Position numbers and translations under genes: made by a program
Part shown: positions 27,025 to 36,682 of the stretch, one piece after another
How the letters are laid out: every line of letters begins with the position of its first letter
Numbering within the stretch: the first letter of the stretch is position 1
NCBI GenBank assembly: GCA_963654095.1
Contig: CAVKAH010000002.1
Location: 1 to 51,308 of the forward strand
Source of the DNA: Oscillospiraceae bacterium
GTDB taxonomy: Bacteria; Bacteroidota; Bacteroidia; Bacteroidales; Bacteroidaceae
Reading direction: 5' to 3'
Length of the DNA: 51,308 nucleotides
The notes under the pieces: generated by a model
Told to the model about the DNA's origin: nothing
Seen by the model: the letters and a program-made list of their open reading frames with translations, nothing else
The model's database searches: none

Positions 27025-27561
27025 TTATCCTAACAGCTTCTTGGCAAACTCCCATATTACGATGCCTGCCGTTACGGAAACGTTTAGAGAATGTTTAGTG
27101 CCGAACTGCGGAATCTCAAGACAGCGGTCGCTCATGTCTACTACTTCCTGATGAACACCTTTCACTTCGTTGCCCATTATGATAGCAAATCCCTTGTGCT
27201 TACCTTGGTCGGGAACGTAATCTTGAAGCATTGTGCTTCCCTCGCATTGCTCTACTGAGCACACCTCATATCCCATGTGGTGCAGCTCCTCTACGGCTTC
27301 GGTGGCAGATTTGAAATATCGCCAGTCCACGCTATCTTCGGCTCCGAGAGCAGTCTTGTGTATCTCTGGCATCGGTGGCTGTGCAGTTATTCCGCAAAGC
27401 CATAGGGCCTCGATGCGGAAAGCATCACCGCTGCGGAATACGGAGCCTACGTTGTGCAGCGAGCGAACATCATCGAGCACAACGATAAGCGGCATCTTCT
27501 TGCTTCCTTTGAAGTCTTCCACCGTCATGCGATGCATCTCTATAGTCTTTAGCTTCCTCAT
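27025..27561 (-). CDS. SpoU/TrmH-family RNA 2'-O-methyltransferase
   Basis: LDDVRSLHNVGSVFR, MGNEVKGV and IPQFGTKHSLNVSV SPOUT motifs. Confidence 0.92.
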   Translation of the reverse strand: MRKLKTIEMHRMTVEDFKGSKKMPLIVVLDDVRSLHNVGSVFRSGDAFRIEALWLCGITAQPPMPEIHKTALGAEDSVDWRYFKSATEAVEELHHMGYEVCSVEQCEGSTMLQDYVPDQGKHKGFAIIMGNEVKGVHQEVVDMSDRCLEIPQFGTKHSLNVSVTAGIVIWEFAKKLLG

Positions 27562-27566
27562 GCTTT

Positions 27567-27992
27567 TTACTCTTCGCCCTTAACTTTATATGCCAAAGCA
27601 TACATGCGGATTTGCTTTACCATAGCCAAAAGACCATTAGAACGGGTAGGGGAGAGGTGGTCTTTAAGACCTATCTTATCAATAAAATATAGGTCGGCAT
27701 CGAGTATCTCCTGTGGTGTGTGACCGCTTAACACCCTGATGAGCAATGCTATGATACCCTTTACGATGAGGGCATCACTCTCTGCGGTGAACACTATCTT
27801 ACCATCTACGTAATCGGCTTGTAGCCATACGCGGCTCTGACATCCGTCGATAAGATTACTCTCAGTCTTATATTTCTCATCGAGAGCTTGTTGTTCGTTG
27901 CCTAAATCGATAAGCAACTGATATTTATCCATCCAGTCGGTGAAGTCGGAAAACTCCTCTATCACCTCGTCTTGCGCTTCGTTTATTGTCAT
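27567..27992 (-). CDS. sufE: Fe-S assembly sulfur-acceptor protein SufE
   Basis: W.DKY..LIDLG, GCQSRVW, SDALIVKG and LSPTRSNGL. Confidence 0.95.
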   Translation of the reverse strand: MTINEAQDEVIEEFSDFTDWMDKYQLLIDLGNEQQALDEKYKTESNLIDGCQSRVWLQADYVDGKIVFTAESDALIVKGIIALLIRVLSGHTPQEILDADLYFIDKIGLKDHLSPTRSNGLLAMVKQIRMYALAYKVKGEE

Positions 27993-28111
27993 TGTTATAT
28001 ATTTTTATAGGGACAACTTGAACATTCCCAACATCTTTCTCTATATTATCTGAATGGTATGAAGAATGATAATAGTTCAAGAAGTATGGTTTGTTCAAGA
28101 CGTCCGTGTGT

Positions 28112-29368
28112 CTAAAAGTCTTTAATAACCTGTTCTAGCTTAAACAATTTGTCGCTTGGGCGCACTTTTTCTGGTACTGGCATAGATATGCGCTGCCCTT
28201 TGTGTGCCTCGTCAACTGGGTTTAAGTCATAGCGTATCTCATCGGCTGTCATGTAAATAACACCAGTTGTTGGGCCTGTTATGAGTAGCTTATCGCCCTT
28301 TTTGAAGTCGGCTGCCTCGATGGCAAACTCCGCCACACCGAGTTTAGAGAAGTACTTAACACCCTTGCCTACATAGACTTTCTTCTCTGTGGCACATGAG
28401 CCATAGTTCTTATTCCACTCTCCGAGCTTCTGTCCGAGGTAGTATCCGTCCCAGAAACCACGATTGAAGACGGTGGCAAGGCGTTCATCCCATGCGTCTT
28501 TCTTCTCTTCTGTGAATGTTCCATCTATAACGCTCTGTATGGCTTCCTTATAACATTTCACTACGGTGTACACATACTCAGGTCCGCGAGCTCTACCTTC
28601 AATCTTGAAAACTCTAACACCGCTCTTCATCATCTTATCGATAAAGCGCACGGTCTTCAGGTCTTTAGGGCTCATAACGTATTTGTTGTCAATCTCAAGC
28701 TGTGTGCCTGTCTCATTGTCTGTAACGGTATAGGAGCGGCGACATAGCTGGATGCACTCTCCGCGGTTGGCGGAGCGGTTGGCGTTATCAAGGCTTAAAT
28801 AGCACTTACCACTTATTGCCATGCACAGTGCGCCATGGCAAAACATCTCGATACGTATAGGCTGACCTGATGGTCCGCATATATGTTGCTCTTCGGCAAG
28901 ACGGTGAATCTCTGCCACTTGAGTCATGTTTAGCTCACGGGCAAGTACTACAACGTCGGCAAACTGTGCGTAGAACTTCAGTGCTTCTACGTTGGAAATG
29001 TTCAGCTGGGTAGATAGATGAACCTCCTGACCAATCTTGTTACAATAGGTCATCACGGCAACATCGCTTGCTATTACGGCAGATATGCCCGCCTCTTTAG
29101 CGGCATCAACAATCTCGTGCATTAGTTCGATGTCCTCGTTGTATATTATTGTGTTTACCGTGAGGTATGTCTTTATGCCGTGTTTATTGCATGTTGCAGC
29201 AATCTCACGTAGGTCGTCAATGGTGAAAGTGCTTGCAGAATGAGCTCGCATATTCAGCTTTTCAATGCCGAAATATATAGAGTCGGCTCCTGCCTGAATA
29301 GCTGCGGCGAGGCTTTCGCGTGAGCCTACCGGTGCCATTATCTCAAAATCTTTTATGTTATAATCCAT
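28112..29368 (-). CDS. Peptidase U32-family protein (TrhP-like Fe-S RNA hydroxylase)
   Basis: EIMAPVG, GADSIYFG, HLSTQ, VLAREL, E...HGALC...SGKC...NRGEC.QLCR and FKIEGR motifs, plus a C-terminal beta domain. Start moved to the ATG at 29368. Confidence 0.9.
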   Translation of the reverse strand: MDYNIKDFEIMAPVGSRESLAAAIQAGADSIYFGIEKLNMRAHSASTFTIDDLREIAATCNKHGIKTYLTVNTIIYNEDIELMHEIVDAAKEAGISAVIASDVAVMTYCNKIGQEVHLSTQLNISNVEALKFYAQFADVVVLARELNMTQVAEIHRLAEEQHICGPSGQPIRIEMFCHGALCMAISGKCYLSLDNANRSANRGECIQLCRRSYTVTDNETGTQLEIDNKYVMSPKDLKTVRFIDKMMKSGVRVFKIEGRARGPEYVYTVVKCYKEAIQSVIDGTFTEEKKDAWDERLATVFNRGFWDGYYLGQKLGEWNKNYGSCATEKKVYVGKGVKYFSKLGVAEFAIEAADFKKGDKLLITGPTTGVIYMTADEIRYDLNPVDEAHKGQRISMPVPEKVRPSDKLFKLEQVIKDF

Positions 29369-29392
29369 ATATAAATGTACATTTACGTGTTG

Positions 29393-29400
29393 CAAAATTA
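29393..29400 (-). promoter_or_regulatory. -7 element for the U32-sufE-trmH genes
   Basis: Minus-strand TAATTTTG, 24 bp upstream of the ATG at 29368. Confidence 0.6.
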
Positions 29401-29468
29401 CATAATTTCGCTTTATAATCGGCATTAATATGCAAAAACCAATGTGTTTATGCCTTGTAAGACGCAAA

Positions 29469-29512
29469 AAAGCCATATTCCGCCTTTATTAAAGGTAATG
29501 GAATATGGCTTT
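29469..29512 (-). terminator. Terminator after korB
   Basis: AAAGCCATATTCC / GGAATATGGCTTT stem with an A-run on the left, which is a U-tract on the minus strand. Confidence 0.8.
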
Positions 29513-29533
29513 GAGATGTATAGTTAAATACGT

Positions 29534-30535
29534 TTATTTCACTTCCCAAGTGTCGTTTGTTTCAAGCAGTTCCATGAAGTTGTGGTACTTTTTCTTTCCC
29601 TTAACCTCCTCTATCTGCTCTGCAACGGCAGTCTCGTATGTTGGTGCCTCTACATCGCGGATTACGCCAAGTGCAACTGGAAAGCCGTGCTCATTATCCA
29701 TCATGGCAAGCTTTAGCTGCAGTGTGTCGTCTTCGCAGTGGGCATCGTGAACAAGGATGTCCTTTTCTGTGATACCGTTTTTACCAATCTTCACTACTTT
29801 CAGCCCAAAGCCTTCTTGTACAAGACCGTACTCATTGTTCTCGCCAAAGATAAGCGGCTCACCATGTTTTACATAGATAGCGTTCTTCTTTCTCCCTTCG
29901 CTCTTATAGATAGAGTCATAAGCACCATTGTTGAAGATTACGCAGTTTTGCAAAATCTCGCATACTGCAGCTCCTTTATGAAGCTTTGCTGCCTTTAAAA
30001 TATCAACCGTACCTGCTGCATCTGTAGCAACGGCACGAGCAAAGAAGCGACCTCTTGCTCCGAAACAAAGTTCTGCCGGACGGAAAGGATCTTCAACAGT
30101 TCCGAAAGGTGAGGACTTGCTGACAAAACCACGTGGACTGGTAGGGGAATACTGTCCCTTTGTGAGTCCGTAAATACGGTTGTTAAGGAGTATCATGTTA
30201 AGGTCGATGTTTCGACGCATGGCATGTATGAAATGGTTACCACCAATGGCAAGCCCATCGCCATCACCACTTATCTGCCAAATGGTTAGCTTTGGGTTGG
30301 CAACTTTAGCACCTGTAGCTATCGCGGCAGCACGACCATGAATTGTCTGCATGGCGTATGTGTTGACGTAATATGGTAGGCGGCTTGAGCATCCGATACC
30401 AGATATTACTGCTGTTTCATACGGCGGAACGCCTAATTCTGCCATCGCTTTATGGAGCGAAGCCAAGAAGAAGTGATCACCGCAACCTGGACACCAACGT
30501 GGTTGTCCCTTCTTATAATCTTGTATTGTGCACAT
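29534..30535 (-). CDS. korB: 2-oxoacid:ferredoxin oxidoreductase beta subunit
   Basis: WCPGCGD, SGIGCSS, HGRA, the TPP motif GDGD...IGGNH, NNRIYGLTKGQYSPT and QNC. Confidence 0.92.
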   Translation of the reverse strand: MCTIQDYKKGQPRWCPGCGDHFFLASLHKAMAELGVPPYETAVISGIGCSSRLPYYVNTYAMQTIHGRAAAIATGAKVANPKLTIWQISGDGDGLAIGGNHFIHAMRRNIDLNMILLNNRIYGLTKGQYSPTSPRGFVSKSSPFGTVEDPFRPAELCFGARGRFFARAVATDAAGTVDILKAAKLHKGAAVCEILQNCVIFNNGAYDSIYKSEGRKKNAIYVKHGEPLIFGENNEYGLVQEGFGLKVVKIGKNGITEKDILVHDAHCEDDTLQLKLAMMDNEHGFPVALGVIRDVEAPTYETAVAEQIEEVKGKKKYHNFMELLETNDTWEVK

Positions 30536-30557
30536 TCTTTATAATAATTAGACGTTA

Positions 30558-32408
30558 TTACTTGTTTAATATTTCCTCAAAATATGATGTAAGTTCACTT
30601 ACAACAAATGGTTGTCCCTTTACTTGATTGAACTGATAAGGTACAAAACCATCAACTTTACTACGCAGATACATGGCAAGTTGACCAAGGTTTTGCTCCG
30701 CAACAACCACTTTCTTGTATTTTGTCAATACCTCTGTCGTGTTCTTTGGTAGAGGGTTGATGTATTTAAATTGTGTAAAGGCGACCTTGTATCCCTTCTT
30801 TCGGAGCTCGTCCATAGCAGAGTATAGATGTCCGTATGTGCCACCGAAACCAACAATAAGTAGGTCTGCGTCGTCTGCATCACCAAGGACTTCGAGGCCG
30901 GCAACTGGTATGCGCTCCACTTTTCCTGCTCTCAAACGACACATCTTGTCATGATTTTCAGGGTCGGTAGATATTGCTCCTGTGTCGCCATCTTTCTCCA
31001 AACCGCCAAGAATATGTGTATATCCTTCTTGACCAGGTATAGCCCAGTAGCGAACAAGAGACTCTTCATCACGCTTGTATGGAGTGTAGTTGCCTTTCAT
31101 GTCCTCAGTAGCATAGTGAGGATGTATATCTGGAAGGTTGTCTATGTTGGGCAGTTTCCATGCTCCAGAACCATTTGCCACGTAAGCATCGGTAAGCAAG
31201 ATAACAGGTGTCATATGCTCAAGGGCAATCTTGGCTGCATTATATGCTGCATCAAAACAATCTGTTGGACTTGTGGCGGCTATGACTGGCATTGGAGATT
31301 CTCCGTTTCTTCCGTATAAAGCTTGTAGGAGGTCGGTCTGTTCGCTCTTTGTTGGAAGACCCGTAGATGGGCCTCCACGCTGCACATCAACTATTACAAG
31401 CGGTAGCTCATCTATAACTGCAAGGTTCATAGCCTCGGACTTAAGGCATACGCCAGGACCAGATGTAGAGGTTACAGCCAATGCTCCAGCAAATGATGCT
31501 CCTATGGCACTGGCACATCCAGATATCTCATCTTCACATTGCACGGTAGTTACTCCGCATGATTTGTGCTTAGAAAGCTCGTGCAAAATGTCGGTTGCAG
31601 GAGTGATAGGGTATGAGCCAAGGAATAATTTCATTCCTGCTTTTTCTGCTGCTGCAATAAGTCCGTATGCTGTTGCCTTATTGCCTGTAATGTCCATATA
31701 GCGACCTTTCTCTTTGTGTTTCGACTCTATTCTATATGTGGCAGGCACACTTGCATGTACGTTATGACCATAATTGTAGCCAGCATTTACAACCTTAATG
31801 TTGTTTTCTGCTATTTGTGGCTTCTTGGCAAATTTATCTTTTAGGAAATTTTCAACAAGCTTGATATCACGGTTGAATAGCCAACAAACGATGCCGAGGG
31901 CAAACATATTGCGGCATTTCAATACTGATTTGTTGTCCATTCCAGAGTCAGCAAGACATTCTTTTACCATCTTTGTTATTGGACAAGAGATAACTCTGTC
32001 GGAGTCAATGCCCATTTCAGCAAGATAGTCGTCTGTCTTAAACTCTGCTCTTTGTAGGTCTTTCGCTCCGAAACTATCAGTGTCGATAATTATTGCTGCT
32101 TGTTTCTTGGCATACTTATACTGCGTTTTTAATGCTGCAGCATTCATTGCCACTAATACATCACACAAGTCTCCTGGGGTATAAACCTTACCTTCGCCGA
32201 TGTGTACCTGAAATCCCGATACGCCTGTGAGTGAACCTTGCGGGGCGCGGATATCTGCTGGATAGTCTGGGAAAGTTGAGATACCGTTGCCGATAGTGGC
32301 TGAAATCGTGGAGAAGATGTTTCCTGCGAGCTGCATACCATCGCCTGAGTCGCCGGAAAAGCGTACTACTACCTGCTCCAACTCTTTAATTTCCAAATTT
32401 TCTGCCAT
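30558..32408 (-). CDS. korA: 2-oxoacid:ferredoxin oxidoreductase alpha subunit (gamma-alpha fusion)
   Basis: SGDSGDGMQ, SYPITPAT, EDEI, TSGPG and QRGGPSTGLPT. Confidence 0.92.
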   Translation of the reverse strand: MAENLEIKELEQVVVRFSGDSGDGMQLAGNIFSTISATIGNGISTFPDYPADIRAPQGSLTGVSGFQVHIGEGKVYTPGDLCDVLVAMNAAALKTQYKYAKKQAAIIIDTDSFGAKDLQRAEFKTDDYLAEMGIDSDRVISCPITKMVKECLADSGMDNKSVLKCRNMFALGIVCWLFNRDIKLVENFLKDKFAKKPQIAENNIKVVNAGYNYGHNVHASVPATYRIESKHKEKGRYMDITGNKATAYGLIAAAEKAGMKLFLGSYPITPATDILHELSKHKSCGVTTVQCEDEISGCASAIGASFAGALAVTSTSGPGVCLKSEAMNLAVIDELPLVIVDVQRGGPSTGLPTKSEQTDLLQALYGRNGESPMPVIAATSPTDCFDAAYNAAKIALEHMTPVILLTDAYVANGSGAWKLPNIDNLPDIHPHYATEDMKGNYTPYKRDEESLVRYWAIPGQEGYTHILGGLEKDGDTGAISTDPENHDKMCRLRAGKVERIPVAGLEVLGDADDADLLIVGFGGTYGHLYSAMDELRKKGYKVAFTQFKYINPLPKNTTEVLTKYKKVVVAEQNLGQLAMYLRSKVDGFVPYQFNQVKGQPFVVSELTSYFEEILNK

Positions 32409-32629
32409 AGAATTCAGTATTAATGAATATTCGCTTGAATAGTCAATGTATGTATAATGTTATTGTATTTTCCAATATTGTATGCTTTCAATGCAAAGTT
32501 CGGAAACTTTGCCGAAAGCACAAAACTTTTTGATACTATTTTTATTAGGTAGAACTAAATATCTGATGTTTTTGCTTACTATATGTCAATGGGTAAATAT
32601 ACGGAACTTTAATATTCTTATTGTATATA

Positions 32630-32716
32630 TGCGTATTCTAAAAATTCCACGTACTAATATTAATTCTTACAGATGAGTTGCTCTTTGTTTATCGAATGGA
32701 TATTTTAGAACCCGAC
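32630..32716. mobile_element. Short, internally deleted copy of the MITE-like element at 40399-40590
   Basis: The left end TGCGTATTCTAAAAATTCCACG and right end ATTTTAGAACCCGAC match the ends of the 40399 element. It is flanked by TA on both sides (32628-32629 and 32717-32718). Confidence 0.7.
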
Positions 32717-33846
32717 TATAGTAATTTATTGTATACGTCGAGGACTTTTTGAGCAACGTTGTTCCCCTCAAAACGCTTTACGTATTGTTGGCTTTTAACT
32801 ATTCTTTCTTCCCTTCCATGTGCGCCAACAAGTACTTGCTTAATTGCTTCTGCCATACCGAAGGTGTTATCAGGATTAACATAGATAGTATCGTTTCCGC
32901 CTGCTTCCTCTAAGCAACTTCCTGTACAAGCCACGACGGGTAGTCCGCTTTGTATAGCCTCGATAACAGGTAGTCCAAATCCTTCGTATCTTGAAGGATA
33001 GACACACGCTTCTGCCATCTGATAGATAGATGGCAAATCTTCGTGGGGTACTCCATGTAGAAACTTCACTCGGTTCTCCAAAGCATGTTCTGCAATATAC
33101 TTTTTTACCTTGTCAATGTATGGCGTAGGTCTTCCTACAATAACGAGACTTATTTCTTCTGGAATCATTGTCATAGCCTTTACGGCAAGGAGAATATTCT
33201 TGCGCTCCTCTATAGTGCCAACATTTACGATATATCTCTCTGGTAACATATATTCAGAATGTACTTGTTGGAGCTTCTTTTCGCTTTCGCAAACTTTAAA
33301 TTCTGTACTGCAGCTTTGATATATCACGTCTATCTTCGATGGCGCCACTCCGCCGAAGCGCATTATATCTCTTTTTGTACATTCACTAATAGCAATGATA
33401 CGGTCTGCCTCCTTGCATGTCCTGTAGAATTTCCATGCATATATTTTTGTGTCTATCCAGTTGTAGTATTCTGGATGGTGCATAAAGATGAGGTCGTGGA
33501 TTGTAACTACACTCTTTATTCCTGCAGCTTTAATGCCGATAGGCAGCTCTCCCGTAAGACCGTGGAATAGCTTTACCCCATCTTTCTTCAGGTCTTTAAC
33601 AATGCCACTTATTCTCCACAAGTCTCTTGAGAGCTTTAGTGATTTGTCTTTAGGATATACATATTTCATGAAAGCGGTTTCTTTAACCTGCTCTCTCAGT
33701 TCATCTTTTCCTTTGTCAGGAGCATACAATCTCATCTCCGTGCCCTGCGGAATAATCTCAGCAAGGTCGTTTACGAGAGTTCGAGAGTAGCTCCCCAGTC
33801 CTGTTGTATTGCGCACAATGCGTTTTGCATCGAATCCTATTGTCAT
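32716..33846 (-). CDS. GT4-family (group 1) glycosyltransferase
   Basis: TGLGSYS, VTIHDLIF, IAISECTK, GTIEERKN and YPSRYEGFGLPVIEA. Confidence 0.92.
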   Translation of the reverse strand: MTIGFDAKRIVRNTTGLGSYSRTLVNDLAEIIPQGTEMRLYAPDKGKDELREQVKETAFMKYVYPKDKSLKLSRDLWRISGIVKDLKKDGVKLFHGLTGELPIGIKAAGIKSVVTIHDLIFMHHPEYYNWIDTKIYAWKFYRTCKEADRIIAISECTKRDIMRFGGVAPSKIDVIYQSCSTEFKVCESEKKLQQVHSEYMLPERYIVNVGTIEERKNILLAVKAMTMIPEEISLVIVGRPTPYIDKVKKYIAEHALENRVKFLHGVPHEDLPSIYQMAEACVYPSRYEGFGLPVIEAIQSGLPVVACTGSCLEEAGGNDTIYVNPDNTFGMAEAIKQVLVGAHGREERIVKSQQYVKRFEGNNVAQKVLDVYNKLL

Positions 33847-34778
33847 CAGTCTTGGTTTTCTTTTTTGATTACGCGTCCTTTCTCTATATAATATCTCTTG
33901 TCAAACTCCTCATGAGTACGTTTCCATCTGTCGTGGCTCCATAGATAGAAGCGAGGATCACGGCAGATTGTCTCTTCGAGCATGCTGAAGAAGCGTATTG
34001 TTATCTCGTTTTCTGGTAATTCCGTAGGCTTGTCTGTAATGAGGCGGAATGTACATATATATTTCCCACGCTTAGGTCTCTCCATATCAACATAGAACAC
34101 GGCATCGTTCATCTTCCTCATAATTTTCTCTCCGCCAGTGAATACTGGTGTGTCGTGGTTAAGGAAAGGCAACCATAAATGTATATTGCTCCATTTTGGA
34201 GATTGGTCTGAGATATACCCGAAGAGCCACATTCGCTTTTCCCTTCTATATGTTATGAGATAGCGCAGTATATCTTTCTTTGGTACACATACTCCGCCTT
34301 TGCTCCGTCGGATATCTATAAACAACTTGTTAAAGATATCATTACGAAGCGGATGATATATTAGTCCGCATATAGCTTCCTTATGCCGTTTGAATGCAAG
34401 TCCTGTGGCTGATAGTAGTTCCCAGTTACAGTAATGCCCGAGAATTGCAGCGCAAGTCTGTCCTTTGTCGTAACAACGTTCTATTTCTTCTATATTGCGA
34501 AACTCAAGATGCTCTAAGAGTTCTTCGTCGCTGACAGATAGTAGCTTCAGTGTTTCTACGAAGTAGTCGCATAGCCAGTGATAGAAACCCTTTTCAATTC
34601 TTATTATCTCTTTCTTGTCTTTATCAGGAAAAGCAGATGATATGTTCATCTTAACCAGCTTTCTCCTGTATCCTATTATATAATATATAATAAGGTAGAA
34701 GAAGTAGGATAATACATACAAACATTTGTATGGCAATAGAGATATTGCATAAAATATATAATAAACTATCTTATACAT
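33846..34778 (-). CDS. Lipid A late acyltransferase (LpxL/HtrB-like)
   Basis: N-terminal TM segment, GHYCNWE (HX4E), DQSP and YLWSHDRWK. It lies directly after the msbA-like gene. Confidence 0.87.
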   Translation of the reverse strand: MYKIVYYIFYAISLLPYKCLYVLSYFFYLIIYYIIGYRRKLVKMNISSAFPDKDKKEIIRIEKGFYHWLCDYFVETLKLLSVSDEELLEHLEFRNIEEIERCYDKGQTCAAILGHYCNWELLSATGLAFKRHKEAICGLIYHPLRNDIFNKLFIDIRRSKGGVCVPKKDILRYLITYRREKRMWLFGYISDQSPKWSNIHLWLPFLNHDTPVFTGGEKIMRKMNDAVFYVDMERPKRGKYICTFRLITDKPTELPENEITIRFFSMLEETICRDPRFYLWSHDRWKRTHEEFDKRYYIEKGRVIKKENQD

Positions 34779-34843
34779 AATACGAGAATATTTTCAAGAC
34801 CCATGACGGATATGTGTATGGGTATGTAGTAGTTCTTTTATTA

Positions 34844-36670
34844 TTATGATTGCATGTCGTGGAGCTTCTTGTAGTAGCCGTCTTTCTTAATAAGTTCCTC
34901 ATGCGTTCCTCTTTCCACGATATGTCCTTCGTGTAGCACACATATCTCATCGGCATTCTTTATTGTAGACAATCTATGCGCAATGGCAACAGTTGTGCGT
35001 GTTTTCATCAGCTTCTCGAGAGCATCTTGTACAAGTCTTTCACTTTCTGTATCAAGAGCAGAGGTTGCCTCATCGAGTATGAGGATTGGCGGGTTCTTTA
35101 ATATAGCTCGTGCAATGCTGACTCTTTGCCGTTGTCCTCCAGACAATCTTCCGCCACGGTCGCCGATGCCTGTGTTATAACCTTTTTCTGATGCCATAAT
35201 AAACTCGTGTGCATTGGCAATCTTTGCGGCTTCCTCCACTTGTTCTTGTGTAGCATTGTCAACACCAAATGAAATGTTGTTGAAGAACGTGTCATTAAAG
35301 AGTATTGCCTCTTGATTTACGTTTCCTATTAGCTGTCGCAAGTCGTGAATGTCAAGGTCTTTCACGTTTATCCCGTCAATTAACACTTCGCCTTCTTGTA
35401 CATCGTAGTATCTTGGGATAAGGTCAACCATGGTAGATTTACCACCTCCGCTTTGTCCTACGAGGGCAATTGTCTTACCTTTTTCTATTGTTAGGTTGAT
35501 GTTTTTCAGTACCCATTGTTCGCCATATCTGAAAGAAACATTGCGAAATTCTATAGTATGGTTAAATCCGTTGATATGTTCGGGGTGTTCTTTTTCTATG
35601 ATATCGCTCTCGGCAAGTAGTATCTTGTCTACACGTTCCATAGATGCAAGACCCTTTGGTATGTTATATCCAGCCTTTGAGAAATCTTTCAAAGGATTGA
35701 TGATGCTATACAATATGACAAGGTAATATATAAAGGTAGGTCCTGACAAAACCTTTTGGTTAAGCACGAGGATACCACCAAACCATAGTACGATGATAAT
35801 CATTACCGTACCCAAAAACTCACTCATAGGGTGAGCCATCTGCTGCCTTGTGTTTACTCGTTGTATTTGGTTCTTGTATTCAGTATTAACCTTGTCGAAC
35901 CTTTTGTTCATCTTTTCTTCTGCGCAGAAGGCTTTTATGATACGCAGTCCGCCAAGAGTTTCCTCCACCTGACTCATGGTATCGCTCCAAAGAGATTGTG
36001 CTTCTTTAGACTTTCGCTTAAGTTTTCTTCCCACTTTGCCCATAATCCATCCCATAACAGGTACGAAGAGAATGGTGAACAGAGTGAGCTGCCAACTGAT
36101 AACAATAAGTGTGGTGAAATAAGCAACTATAAGAATTGGGTTCTTAAAGAGCATGTCAAGAGAGCTCATTATGGAACTTTCAATCTCCTGTACATCGCCA
36201 CTCATCCTTGCTATTATATCACCTTTGCGTTCTTCAGAGAAGAAACCGAGAGGCAAAGATGTTATTTTCTGATACAATTGGTTACGGATATCCCTTACAA
36301 TACCTGTGCGTATAGGGATAATAGTTGCCGACGAGAAGAAGTAGGCTGCCGTCTTTAAGAATGTCATTGCAGCAAGAAAGAGTCCAAGCACGAGTAATGT
36401 CGTGGTTGGTCCGATATCTCCTATCAACTCGTTTATATAATAATTGACATTATTCGATGCTACCTCTTTAATATTATCCCAGTCCCATTCCATCAGATGA
36501 GAGGCTGTTACTGCCTTTTCTGTCTTGAAGATAATCTGCAGAATTGGTATGATGGCGGCAAACGAAAATATATTTAATACTGCCGACAGAACGTTGAAAA
36601 ACACTGTCAGTATTAGATATTTCTTGTAAGGCGGCACGAAGCGACGCAGTATCTGGAAGAATTCTTTCAT
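34844..36670 (-). CDS. msbA: MsbA-like ABC exporter (fused TMD and NBD)
   Basis: TM domain, Walker A GQSGGGKST, signature LSGGQRQR, ILDEATSALD and IAHRLST. It is next to a lipid A acyltransferase. Confidence 0.82.
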   Translation of the reverse strand: MKEFFQILRRFVPPYKKYLILTVFFNVLSAVLNIFSFAAIIPILQIIFKTEKAVTASHLMEWDWDNIKEVASNNVNYYINELIGDIGPTTTLLVLGLFLAAMTFLKTAAYFFSSATIIPIRTGIVRDIRNQLYQKITSLPLGFFSEERKGDIIARMSGDVQEIESSIMSSLDMLFKNPILIVAYFTTLIVISWQLTLFTILFVPVMGWIMGKVGRKLKRKSKEAQSLWSDTMSQVEETLGGLRIIKAFCAEEKMNKRFDKVNTEYKNQIQRVNTRQQMAHPMSEFLGTVMIIIVLWFGGILVLNQKVLSGPTFIYYLVILYSIINPLKDFSKAGYNIPKGLASMERVDKILLAESDIIEKEHPEHINGFNHTIEFRNVSFRYGEQWVLKNINLTIEKGKTIALVGQSGGGKSTMVDLIPRYYDVQEGEVLIDGINVKDLDIHDLRQLIGNVNQEAILFNDTFFNNISFGVDNATQEQVEEAAKIANAHEFIMASEKGYNTGIGDRGGRLSGGQRQRVSIARAILKNPPILILDEATSALDTESERLVQDALEKLMKTRTTVAIAHRLSTIKNADEICVLHEGHIVERGTHEELIKKDGYYKKLHDMQS

Positions 36671-36682
36671 ATATAAAGGGCT

